Notes: generated by a model from the letters alone, not told the origin. A stretch of DNA of 64,000 nucleotides from Callorhinchus milii (GCF_018977255.1 NW_024704743.1:100442001-100506000); one strand, 5' to 3'; positions 12,930-24,149 are shown, counted from the first letter of the stretch. Numbers and translations are program-made.

Positions 12930-13378
12930 ACTGGTGACTGATTGTGACTCTATCACCCCCACCCTCGCCTGGCTCCACTGGCTCCCCATCCCCCAGAGGA
13001 CAGAGTTCAAAGATCAAAAGTTCGCCTTCAAGGCCCTCCACGGCCTTGTCCCTCTGCGACCTGCTGACCCCTTATCAACCTGTCCACTCCCTCCGCTCAG
13101 CAGGCTCAGGTCTGCTCCAAGTCCCTTCAGCCTTTTTGCTCCCACCCTATGGGACTCCATCCCACATTCCCTTTGCTTCACTCCTTCCCTTGCCTCCTTC
13201 AAGGCGCATCTCAAAACTCTCCTCTTCGTCCGAGCATTCGGCCATCCTCCTACCCTCCCTGCCCTCCACCCTCCCTGATTCCGACCTCCAGCACGGGTCC
13301 AAATCCCTGACTGTCCAGCGTCTTGGGATGTCCTCCCGAAGTGAAAGGCGCTATACAAATAGAAATCGTATTGTATTT
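12930..13378 (+). mobile_element. L2 3' fragment
   Basis: ITPTLAWLHWLPIPQR..FKAHLKTLLF; tail CAGCGTCTTGGGATGTCCTCCCGAAGTGAAAGGCGCTATACAAAT. Confidence 0.92.
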
Positions 13379-14582
13379 GAAATTGACGTCTGCAACCCTG
13401 TGCAGGGTTGTGTTCAAATACTGGATTGTGGAACTAGGGATTTCTGTAACTGTAATACTGTACTCGATCCATTTATCAAAAAATCTAATTCAAAACTATG
13501 TGTTCCAATCTTGTATTAAAGTTTGCTTGTAATTTTTCAAAATTACAGCACCTCAACAAACTACACAGGAACAAATGTTGTATTTGGTAGCAAAATAACT
13601 AAAATGGGCTAACATTTTTAGACCAAACCTGTAATATAAATGGAAGTGGGGGTGGTGTGGGGTGGTGGAGAGGGGTTGAGTGATCACAGAATACACTGGA
13701 ACAGTGTACACAAAATACCTAACTTTGCAATCATTCCTTCTGAGACACTATCCTGCGTGAAGGGTGCTATATAAATGCAAGTTGTTTTTGCTCTGTTCTA
13801 GTATGATGGGCAGTGGGAAGTGTAAATCTTAATATAAATCATTTGCAATGGGTCTTCACATTATTCATATTGGTTATTATGAACCTTATGGGAGCACAAG
13901 GGTATTATTCGCTAAGAGTAAACCATTACTCCAGAGCAAATCATAGGTATCCTTAATTATGTAAAAATCTTTACAGGAAAAATATAATAATAATTGTAAT
14001 CCTGAATTTGATATACCGCCTTTCACGTCAGGACGTCACAAAGCGCTTCACAGGATAAACTGTAAAGTGCAGTCACTATGGTTTTTGTCCTCATTTGGTT
14101 GTTAATTACATAATTAATACATTGGTTGGAATTATTGGCTGTGAATTACATAACTATCCCCAAGAGTGCACTGCAATCAGAGGATACCTGATAGGAATCA
14201 CAAACACAGATCCTGATTCACTTTCCCTCCCTAACCCAAAACAGTGAAGCCAGTATTTTTGTCACAGAATTCGGCCCAGAATCAATTTGCCTGCTTCACA
14301 AATACACCATTCAATGCACTTAGAACCATCGAATCTTACAGCACAGAAGGAGGCAATTCGACCCCTCATGCCTCAGGCATTTTGGAAAAGCTCTCCAACT
14401 AGTGCCACTGCCTTACCCAATAGCCTTGAACATTTTTCCTTTTTCAAGTACTCAGATAAAAATACAACCTCATATAAAATATACAATAGAGTGAGCACAA
14501 ACAGTCACCCACAAAAATCTAAAGTGGCTGGGAAGGAATGCTATTGTTTTTAACGTGTATTCATTATATTGTTTTAGTCTCA

Positions 14583-14745
14583 GCCTTTCACGCCGGGAGG
14601 ATGCCTTAAAGTATTTCATAGGATATACTGTAAAGTGTAGTGACTGCTTTTTGTGTGCGAGCCTTACAGTGTATCCTGTGAAGTGTTTAAGAAGTTTCTA
14701 TGGCGTGAGAAGGCACGATATAAAATGCAAGGATTACTATAATAT
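14583..14745. repeat. two SINE tails in inverted, head-to-head arrangement
   Basis: Minus-strand tail at 14583-14660 and plus-strand tail at 14663-14745 are reverse complements. Confidence 0.75.
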
Positions 14746-15559
14746 TTAGCTCTACATTTTCTCATTACTATCAAATCAGATTTCCTTCTGAAATTTTCAT
14801 ATAAATGCAATTTGTTGATATTATTACCAGAGACAATGAATATTAATAACCCTTTTTAGGATATATTACACTATTCATGATGTAGATCACTCAATCTTTT
14901 CTGTGCATCCAAAATGCACCTTTTAGTACTTTGTATTTAACTATTTTATTCTTTTTTGTGACATTCACAAAACAAAGTTCTGAAAAAGTAAACATATTTC
15001 CTTCCACCTTTTCATGTGTCTGCTTGATTCACTTTCAGATTTAATGACAACAATGTAAAACTTTAACTACCAATGTGCAGCTTCAGGTTAAACCCAAGGA
15101 AAGTATTCCCTACCACAACAGCATTCATTCAGGTCTCTGGTAATCGAGCAGGAGTTTTCATTTAATTTGCGTGAATGACAATGCTTTACTTGTCAATACA
15201 ATCTCTTCCCCATAAACACACTCACAGCCAACATTGGAACACACAAAAGTAAGCATCAGTGCTTTATCCTACATTAGTAAGGAGGCAAAGCAGGATTTTG
15301 CCGAGGTCTTAATCCCTCATTAGCGCCCATGGTAAATCATGCTAAAACTCCTTTAGATTAGCCACAAACTACCTTTTTAACCCTGAATTAGTGGAGGAAA
15401 TCACAAACATGAACCTTACATTACCCATTTACTTTATTATGATAAATTACCATATTTGGTTGAGAATTAGATTCAAGGTTATGAACACAAACATAGATTA
15501 AATGAATAAATTTGCTACAGAACACCATTTATGTGGTTGAGTAAGACACAATCCAATAA

Positions 15560-15790
15560 GATCTCCAATCTTGAACAGAGAAATCTCAGAGGCAATCTTA
15601 TAGAGGTATATAAAACCTGAAAAATACTTTCAGATGTACCAAGACAGTAGAACAAAAGGGCATACACTTAAAGTTGCAAATTGCAAACTCAGGATGTGTT
15701 TCTTTACTCAGAGGGTAATCAATGACTGGAACAAGTTGTCAGGAAGGCCAAATTTAAAGTTTTTGAATGAGTTTTTGGACTCATTCACAA
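15560..15790 (+). mobile_element. old CR1 3' fragment
   Basis: ctcagaggcaatcttatagaggtatataaa (LRGNLIEVYK), aaagggcat, tttactcagagggtaatcaatgactggaac (FTQRVINDWN). Confidence 0.75.
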
Positions 15791-15892
15791 AACTGCTTTT
15801 AATGTGAGGACGGTAGGGTGGAGAATTAAGCATTCTCAGATGCTACCCTACTTGGAGAGTGCTATGTAAATGCAAGTTGTTGTCGACATATT

Positions 15893-16217
15893 ATAATAAT
15901 AATAATAATAATAATAATCCTTGCATTTGATATAGCGCTTTTCACGTCGGGAGGACGTCCCAAAGCGCTTCACAGAATAGACTGTAAAGTGAATTGACTG
16001 TATATTTGTGGGCGAACGCGGCAGCCAATTGCGCACAGCAATGTCCCACAAACAGTCGTAGATTGAAAATGACCAATTTATTATTGTTTTGTTTTGGAGG
16101 GATTATTATTAGGCGTGTGGAGTAAGGAAACTTGCCCAAGGTTTCGCCCTGCCTGGAATTGAACTCAGATCTCTCGCTTGCAAAGCGAGAGCTCTAACCA
16201 CTGAGCTACAGGACTCC
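15893..16217 (-). mobile_element. SINE A, short variant, youngest subfamily
   Basis: Complete, CpGs retained, nearly identical to 31467-31789. Confidence 0.95.
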
Positions 16218-17260
16218 ACTTCATTTATTCTTAAATGATGAGATAGGATGGGGTGAAGGTCTTCTTCATCCAAACCAAAGTTGTGATGTCCTTTTTGTAA
16301 TGTCCTCTGTGTGAAGAGAACAGCAGATTCAAATCCCTAGATTCTCCCATATTTGGTACTGAGAAATCCAGCTGTGTTTCGTTATGAGTTGTTTGTGGAA
16401 GCGGGTTGCCTCCAGAGACAAACTCGGGATGTAAGAGTAGCGCTCATGATATTTTCTGGATTACTGAACTCATTAGCTGAATTAGTACAAATTATATGTT
16501 AATTGTTATTCAACTCATAAGATAATAATTTATATCACTAACTAACACATCAATGATAATCTCCACTCCCAGCTTCCTTCTGACACCCCTTTGATCTTAA
16601 ATAACAAAAACAAACTACATGATTTGGCTGACTGATGGGTCACTATAATCCTGACACATTACAGCCAATAGTGTGATTAATGACCCACGCTTCTATTCTC
16701 TGGTGCATCAATGCTTATTGAAAAGCCACTTACATTTCCAATGTTCTTTGCAGATTCCCACATTTTAAAGTAATAATCCTCGTGTTTGATATTCTGCTTT
16801 ATCACTTGAAACATCTCAAAATCTCACTTTCCATTGTCTTGATGGTTGGCTTTTGGCACTAAAATATCCAAGTATCGGGTCATTAGGTCTCTGCCAATGA
16901 CACTTCATGCTTTGCACATGCACAGCAAACAGGAAATTATATTGATGGTGACCCAATGACATGGAAGTTGGTCATATTACAATGCAATTAGGATACAATA
17001 CAATTTACACTTATTTATCACCTTCCATGTCAGGAGGAGCCCCAAAGCATTTTTTTTAGTGGAGGAACTGGCCAGCTCGCAGGAAGCGAGTCACACACTG
17101 AGTGCATGCAGTCGAACCTGCTGTACCATTGGTTTGGATTTTACAGATCTCAAATGTTGTGTGATAACACGGGTCCATTGAATAGAGCTGTTCATCAATA
17201 CAGGGTCAGAATCCTGTAACAACCCATTGATCACAATCATGGGAAACCCATCACCACAAG

Positions 17261-17309
17261 AACTGTAACAGTTTAAAGAGAATGGCCACCTCTTTAAGCT
17301 GTTACAGTT
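17261..17309. other. 20-bp-arm inverted repeat (hairpin)
   Basis: AACTGTAACAGTTTAAAGAG - 9 nt - CTCTTTAAGCTGTTACAGTT: 19/20 Watson-Crick pairs plus one T-G. Confidence 0.9.
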
Positions 17310-17522
17310 TACAATCACAAAGCAGGAACTAGAATGCTAGTCCCACCAACATCCCCTACATCCTAGGAATAACCAAAATGACAATAATAAATTAGTATAA
17401 AAAGAGCATCCTAAGACTAGATGGCTTCCTGTTTCAGCTGCCATTTACATCTGTGAGATGCTTTACTTAGAAAGAATAAATAGCTTTGCATTCAAACTTG
17501 GTTAATGTTAATGGCCCTCTGT

Positions 17523-17790
17523 AATAATAATCCTTTCATTTGATATAGCGCTTTTCACGTCTTCTCGATGTCTCAAAGCGCTTCACAGAATATGCTGTAA
17601 AGTGAATTGACCATATATTTATGGGCGAAACGCAGCAGCCAATTGTGCATAGCAGTGTCCCGCAAACAGTCATGGATTGAAAATGACCAATTTATTATTG
17701 TTTTGTTTTGGAGGGATTATTATTAGGCGTGTGGAGTAAAGAAACTTGCCCAAGGTTTTGCCCTGCCTGGAATTGAACCCAGGTGTCTTT
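17523..17790 (-). mobile_element. SINE A, short variant, 5'-truncated in the head
   Basis: Tail through to the B-box (aattgaacccagg). The A-box region is missing. Confidence 0.9.
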
Positions 17791-18354
17791 GTGCCATGCT
17801 TATGTAACACTCAGTGCAGCAGCTTCCTTTACACTTCACAACAGTCTCTGCATAGGTCAGATTGATTTTTCTAACACTTCTATATTATGGATTATTTAGT
17901 TTACAACAATCACAAAAAAAAGTGTGTTTTTCTACCGCAGAATGAGAAACCAAACCATAATGCCCAGGATTGATCAACCACCCTTAACATCTCATTAGCA
18001 CATTATAACCTTTCAGCCCTTTAACTGAGAAAGTACTTCCAATATTCTAGGAGAAGGAACCTCATACACTTTACTTATATGAAATATATTTTGCATTAAA
18101 TCTGAAGCTGCCAATCCTCTTAGGTTGTCGTTTTATTTATTTGAATCCGAGCAAAGGTGGATTTTTCCTGAAAGGAGATTCTTCCAGTAAATTATCTTGT
18201 CACTCATTAAAAAAAATCAGTTTGTAACCTGTCCCTGGAGCCTGCTACCATCCTTGGTCAATGGCAAGCTTTTATCCCTTTTATTAAATTTAATTAGATT
18301 TTTATTATCTTGCCTATTCAAATGAGTACTCTGTACTCTCACTGTGTAACTGTC

Positions 18355-18635
18355 AATCCATCCTCTGCCTCCACTTGGAAGACACTGACCTGTTCCACAT
18401 CCCCTGCCTTGCCCACTCCATCATTGGCAGTTGGGCTTTCAGCCTTTCTGCCCTCCTTCACTAGAATGTCATCCTGGCATCTCTTTACCTCACTCCCATC
18501 CTTCAACCCTTCCTTTGCCTCCTTCAAGGTCCGTTTCAAGATCTTCCTCTTTGTCCAAAACTCTGACTGTCCAGGACCTTGTGACGTCCTCCTGACGTGA
18601 AAGGCGCTATACAAAGGTAATTTTGCTGTTGTTTG
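18355..18635 (+). mobile_element. L2 3' fragment
   Basis: ASFKVRFKIFLF; tail GACGTCCTCCTGACGTGAAAGGCGCTATACAAA..TTGCTGTTGTT. Confidence 0.85.
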
Positions 18636-18659
18636 ACCATACCTTCGGTCATCTTTTTA

Positions 18660-19040
18660 ACAGTACACTGTGCTGTATACTGTAACACTGCGTAACACTA
18701 TACTGTACTATATACTGTAACACTGTGTCACTATACTGTACCGTATACTGTAACACTGTGTCACTATACTGTACTATATACTGTAACACAGTGTCACTGT
18801 ACTGTACTATATACTGTAACACAGTGTCACCGGACTGTACTATATACTGTAACACTGTGTCACTGTACTGTACTATATACTGTAACACCGCATAACACTA
18901 TACAGTACTATATACTGTAACACTGTGTAACACTATACTGTACCTGCACTATATACTGTAACACTGTATGGTGTACTGTACCTCCGTACTGTATACTGTC
19001 ACTGTCTAAGAGTATAACAGTACACTGTACTGAATGCTAC
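18660..19040. repeat. 33-bp minisatellite built from ACTRT-like pentamers
   Basis: Unit TACTGTAACACTGTGTCACTATACTGTACTATA repeats tandemly and decays at both ends. It explains the 11-aa repeat ORF 18649..18888. Confidence 0.95.
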
Positions 19041-20257
19041 CACACTTTCCAACAGTTGGGATTTTTTGTTTAAGATTCAGAATTATTTCCTGAGGTCAGA
19101 CACTGGAGCTCACAGCAGCATCTGAAAATTATATTAATGGTTTGATTCAGGTCCGTCTGGTTACATGCATTTAATGCCAGCCATCAAGCTGGGAGACAAA
19201 GGTGTCAGGGAGAGAAGACTCCAGTATCTCTGTAAATCACCCCACAGGCTGGCATGCCCTAATTCACTGCACAGGCTGGAATGCTATTTATTCTGTCATT
19301 TTGCCACAGCCAGATAACAGCTGAGGAAAGTGTACATGGAGGATGGGGTGAATAAGGTGACTGCTTTTGGAGAGGGAACACACATGATGTGGGACAAACT
19401 AAACATGCTTCATGTTTGGGTGGCCTAGAAAAGTCTTAGATATCTGCTGGAGAAATCAGCTGTCAATTTGCAGCTTTATGAATGGACCAATCTCCTAAAA
19501 GAATGGTGGTGTCCAAATGACCCTGCAGTCTATGAAATGTGAACGCTTATCTGTCAACTTAAGGCAGTTTATATTTTTCTCAGACACAGACGTCATAGTA
19601 ACAAGAGTCTGAAATTGCTTTTTAAAAAAAGTCCCTAATCTGTGAGGTCTGAGCCTTTGTGTATATAAAACCGTTTATAATCTTGTGATAGAAAATGTGT
19701 ACTCATAGCTTTTTTTAAAAAAAAGACTCGCACTCAGTTCACATCAACACATTTAGGCAAGCTTCCATGCCCTTCCACTGGCTTGTCTCTCCCTATTACT
19801 GCCGAACGGATAAACAGAAAAGCAGGAGGAAAAGGCCTGAAGGATAAGTTCTTCACAGTTGTTCACTCTGAGCCGAGTGTATTCTATGGCTGGGCCAAAT
19901 TCCTTCTCTTTGAACTTGTTGGTTTCCCTTGGAGGTTCTGATTAAACTAATGGAAAGTTTGCATTTCAGAGGTCAAAATTGGTCGGGAAGACAGTGATGG
20001 ATGCTCAACTTCCATTGACCAGGATCTTCTTGTACAAAATGTCTGAAAATAATGGTAATTTCTGAAAAATTTCTCACATTTATTGTAGGATTAATCCAGT
20101 GAGTTCATATCATCTCTCTCCAGCTGCGCCTTGCTGTCATATGGGCTATTTGATGATTTTTGAATTATTCATTGACACTGATTCATTTTCCAGCCTGATA
20201 CCTTTCATTTACATTTTTTATGTCATAGAAAGCCAGCAGATAAATACTAATACATAT

Positions 20258-20562
20258 TAATAATAATCCTTGTATTTGATATAGCACTTTATCATGTCAT
20301 CGAAATGTCTCAAATCGCTTCACAGGATTTACCGTAAAGTATAATGATTGTGTATTTGTAAGCAAATTGGTAGTGTTTCATGACATATTTGCCTACAAAA
20401 TATACAGTCACTACATTTTACAGTAAATCTTGTGAAGCACATTGAGCTTTAAGAGCTCCAAAATAAGGCCCTGTGTGAAGGGTACCATATAAATGTAAGT
20501 TGTTGTTGTTGTTGAGATGTCCTCCTAATGTAATAGACACTATATCAAACACAAATATTATT
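20258..20562. repeat. inverted head-to-head pair of SINE B-type tails, right arm interrupted by a short (TTG)n-tailed insert
   Basis: 20317-20367 is the reverse complement of 20387-20438. The insert at about 20448-20513 is flanked by TTGAG. Confidence 0.75.
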
Positions 20563-21291
20563 TATTTGTTATTTAGTGACGGTAGATGAATTATGAACCA
20601 GCAGAAATATGAAAAGTTCTGAACACAGTTAAGGAAAGGAGAGGTACCTCATATTTGGCTGAATCAAGTTATTGAATTTTAAATCCATTCATACATTGTT
20701 ACCTGAATGAGGAACCTATAATAGACAAACAGATTCACGCAGGGCTGGTTATTTAATTGTCCCTAAGTCTAATTAAAGGCAATGACCTACATACCTCATT
20801 TAGAAATTATTTTAATCAGCATGAATTCACTTTGCTTTGGAGGAATCGTAATATTCACATGTTTGCGGAGAGTCTACTTTAATTGCCATTTCTGGTTCAT
20901 AAAGTATAGAGAGTGCTGGTAAATATCACAGTGTGCAATTTAACACTCTTCAACAAAATACTGCAGTGTCATCATTTCAGCCAATTAATATTAACTTGGT
21001 CTTTGTTCTGGGAAAATCATTGGTGCGCATTAAAACAGAGCTTCTGCTAGATGGTATGGATGGAGTTGAAGAGAAAATGAATAGGTGCACGCACGAAAAA
21101 AAAATGCTTATGTTTGGCATTGATCCCAAATCCTTCCAATGCAGAAAATAATGATGAAAATTGCTTTTCAACGCTATTTTCAAATGTCACATTTTTAAGC
21201 CTGGCATCCAATTATATTGAGGTTGATTCTTGAGACATTAAAGATTTATTTAGTGGTGACCGTCAAAGATTTATTATACAGATTGAGTACA

Positions 21292-21330
21292 TGTGTGTGT
21301 GTGTGTGTGGGCGCGGGGTGGGGGGGGCGG
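21292..21330. repeat. (TG)n microsatellite followed by G-runs
   Basis: tgtgtgtgtgtgtgtgtgggcgcggggtgggggggggcggg. Confidence 0.85.
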
Positions 21331-21363
21331 GTCTCATTTTCAAACCCACTGTGTTGCTTTTAG

Positions 21364-21435
21364 GAATCTGCAGCCAGCTATTTCCAGTCCTTTTCATTGA
21401 GCAGTGACTGTGTACCCAAAGTGGAGCCAGGGGAG
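21364..21435 (+). other. candidate 72-nt exon (host gene unknown)
   Basis: CTCAT branch-like site at 21333-21337, acceptor gtgttgctttttag|G, donor GAG|GTAAGC. Open only in phase 0: ESAASYFQSFSLSSDCVPKVEPGE. Confidence 0.3.
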
Positions 21436-21819
21436 GTAAGCGGCATGCTGCAGCCTAAGGTCTTAAATCCAAGCTACAGACGTCCCTACTGCACCGCTCT
21501 GAGCAGAAAGAACCTCCTTAAAGAGGCTGCCTGTTTACAACTTGCTTTGTTTTTTATTTGGTTGAAGATTCAAAAACTTGACATGAAAATTGTTCTGGCA
21601 CAGACCCTCAGAATAGCTTGAACCTTAGCTGAGAAACAAAAGGTTTGATACTCTGATCTCACCGGAGTTAAGGATGTTTACATTCTCATGGAATGTGCAA
21701 TGTGCCAGATGCCAGTTGCAGTTTGAGGCATATGATGTTCTAACCTTCTTCATTCTGTGCATTTGTGCTTGAAAAATAATTTATAATCGAAAAATAATAA
21801 TAATGATAATAATGCCTGA

Positions 21820-21975
21820 CCTTTCCCAACCAAGCTGCAACATATGCACACAGCCAGTAGAGTGATCAGGAGTAGGAACCCTGGCTGGTTTTCCTCTCCC
21901 TAACCCCATGAAGGCCAAAGCCAATTTAGCCTTCATTTTCAACCTAACCTGAAACCAGGAAACTCAGCATGCTGC
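21820..21975 (-). mobile_element. ancient SINE-like family C fragment
   Basis: gatcaggagtaggaaccctggctggttttcctctccctaacccc..gccaatt is the reverse complement of the central motif seen at 30510-30580 and 53250-53315. Confidence 0.55.
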
Positions 21976-22002
21976 AGGATTTCTATCCACTACCTTTTCC
22001 AA

Positions 22003-22213
22003 GTGTAATTCCTTCAAAATAAATAAAAATATTGTGGTCCTTCAATCCACGATTGTTTGTGGGACACTGCTGTACGCAATTGGCTGCCGCATTTTATCCA
22101 CAAAATATACAGTCACTACACTTTACAGTATATTCTGTGAAGCGCTTTGAGATGTCTCAAAAACGGGATAAGGCACTATATCAAATGCAAGAATTATTAT
22201 TATATTATTATTA
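22003..22213 (+). mobile_element. SINE A 3' half
   Basis: TTCAATCCACGATTGTTTGTGGGACACTGC..CTATATCAAATGCAAGAATTATTAT. Confidence 0.9.
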
Positions 22214-22354
22214 TCCCTTCAGAGAATTTCTACAATTCTGCATGATCTTACATTTAAAATTTTACAGGCTTAGACTGGCTGGATTTTTGGGGCCTCTAAT
22301 TTCTATATACTCACACATACATTCCAGCAAGAGTCAAATGTCATATTATAATAT

Positions 22355-22683
22355 ATATAATATAATAGTTGCATTTGATATAGCACTTTTTACGTATTCT
22401 AGATGTTTCAAAGTGCTTCAAAGGATATACTGTAAAGTGAATTGACTGTATATTTTGGGCAAAACGCAGCAGTCAATTGCGCACAGCAGTGTCCCACAAA
22501 CAGTCATCGATTGAGTCACTAAATTATTTATTTATGCTTTTTTCTTGGGGGATTATTATCAGGCATAACAATCCCTCAAGAGAGGAAGTAAGAAAACTTG
22601 CCCAAAGTTTCGCCCTGCCGGGAATCAAACCCAAAACTCTCATTTGCGAGGCGAGTGCTCTAACCACTGAGCTACAGGACTCC
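22355..22683 (-). mobile_element. SINE A with internal fold-back
   Basis: Complete from tail to head, with an extra inverted 17-mer at 22565-22581. Confidence 0.9.
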
Positions 22684-22894
22684 AGGAATCATGCTTAAAC
22701 TGGTCATTAAATAATAACATCTTGTAAATTCTCAATCTGATTTCAAGTTATTGGCACCTCATTCAATGTCACATTCCACACAATATTCTGAGTAGATAAT
22801 TAAATATAGACGTGTTGCCAATCAGGGCTATGTCTATGAGCATCTGCATGTGAAACAATCTAAATGTGAAAGTGACAATGATCCAGGTACAACC

Positions 22895-23150
22895 ACCACA
22901 AACAACAAGAACAAATTGCATTTATACAGTAACTTTCACTTCGGGACGACATCCCAAGGCGCTGGATCCTGGATATTTGAAGCAAAAAATAGAAAATGCT
23001 GGAGGTGCACAATATTTAAATCTAGCATCTGAATGAGAACTACTCTCCGTTACCAACTATATCAAAACTACAACAACAAAAGCATATTACATTTGTATAG
23101 CGCCTTTCACATCAGGAGGATGTCCCAAGGTGCTGAACAGTCAGGGATTT
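22895..23150 (-). mobile_element. two isolated L2 3' tails (22895-22970 and 23065-23150)
   Basis: (CAA)n..tttcac..tcccaagg(c/t)gctg occurs twice. Confidence 0.8.
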
Positions 23151-23546
23151 CCAAAACTCATGGAAGCAATTCAGCTAAACTATTGCACCATACCATGGCA
23201 AATTATCGTGCACAATATTTGTCTCGTAGATGTGCTTTAAGCAATGTCTCAAAGCTGTTTCATCAATAAGAGCATTGGCCTGTACTATTTAACAAGAGAG
23301 TTTGGATAAAGAGGCCTTTTGGTCCATTTGATCTCATCCCTTCAGAATACCATACGGTCCTCTCATGACAGCATCAAGCTGTCACTTTAGTTCAATGTCC
23401 TGGACTCAACCATCATCCTGGTAACCTGTTCCACTGAGTAATTACCCTCTGGGTAAAGAAATGTTTCCAAGGTAAATCCAATCTAATTAGTCACCAGAGG
23501 CTCAGAATTTTTCACAGCTTTATCTTTAAGACAATTGCATTAAATT

Positions 23547-23812
23547 GAGGTCCTGTAGTTTAGTGGTTAGAGCACTCGCCTCGCAAGCAAGAGGACCTGG
23601 TTTTGATTCCGAACAGAGCGAAAAGTTTCCTTACTCCACACACCTCTGTTTACCTAGCAGTAAGTAGGAACCCGGTTGTTAGTCAATTGGCGGATCGCTT
23701 TTCCCTTCAAAAAGAAAAAAAATTAAACAATAATAATTTGGTCACTCAATCCACGACTGTTTGTGGGACACTGCTAGGCGCAATTGACTGCCCCGTTTCG
23801 CCCACAAAAATA
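23547..23812 (+). mobile_element. SINE A, long variant, 3'-truncated
   Basis: GTCCTGTAGTTTAGTGGTTAGAGCACTCGCCTCGCAAGC..CCTCTGTTTACCTAGCAGTAAGTAGGAACC. Confidence 0.9.
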
Positions 23813-24149
23813 CAAAAAATTAAACAAGTGGTGCATGTGTTAAAGAAAACCTCAAAAGGAGCTCCTCTCAGTAAGCCAGCAAGTAATGGTTTGATAAAAC
23901 ACCCTATAATAATAGTACTTGTGATTGATATAGCACTTTTCACATCGGGAGGACCTCTCAAAGTGTTTTACTGGATCTATTGTAAACGTCAGGGACTGTG
24001 TACTTTGGCAGTGGTGATATTCAACCATAGAAACCCAGAAACAACAACAACTTGCACTTACATAGTGCCCCTCACAGAACGCTTGACAGTGACGGAGCAC
24101 AACAAAAGCTACATATTTGATCCCATGATCAAATGATCCCATGATCACA

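Noticed and set aside
18649..18888. Repeat protein ORF or CRISPR-like array
   Set aside because: Head-to-tail 33-bp tandem units with no unique spacers and no cas genes. The ORF is a by-product of the unit length being divisible by 3.
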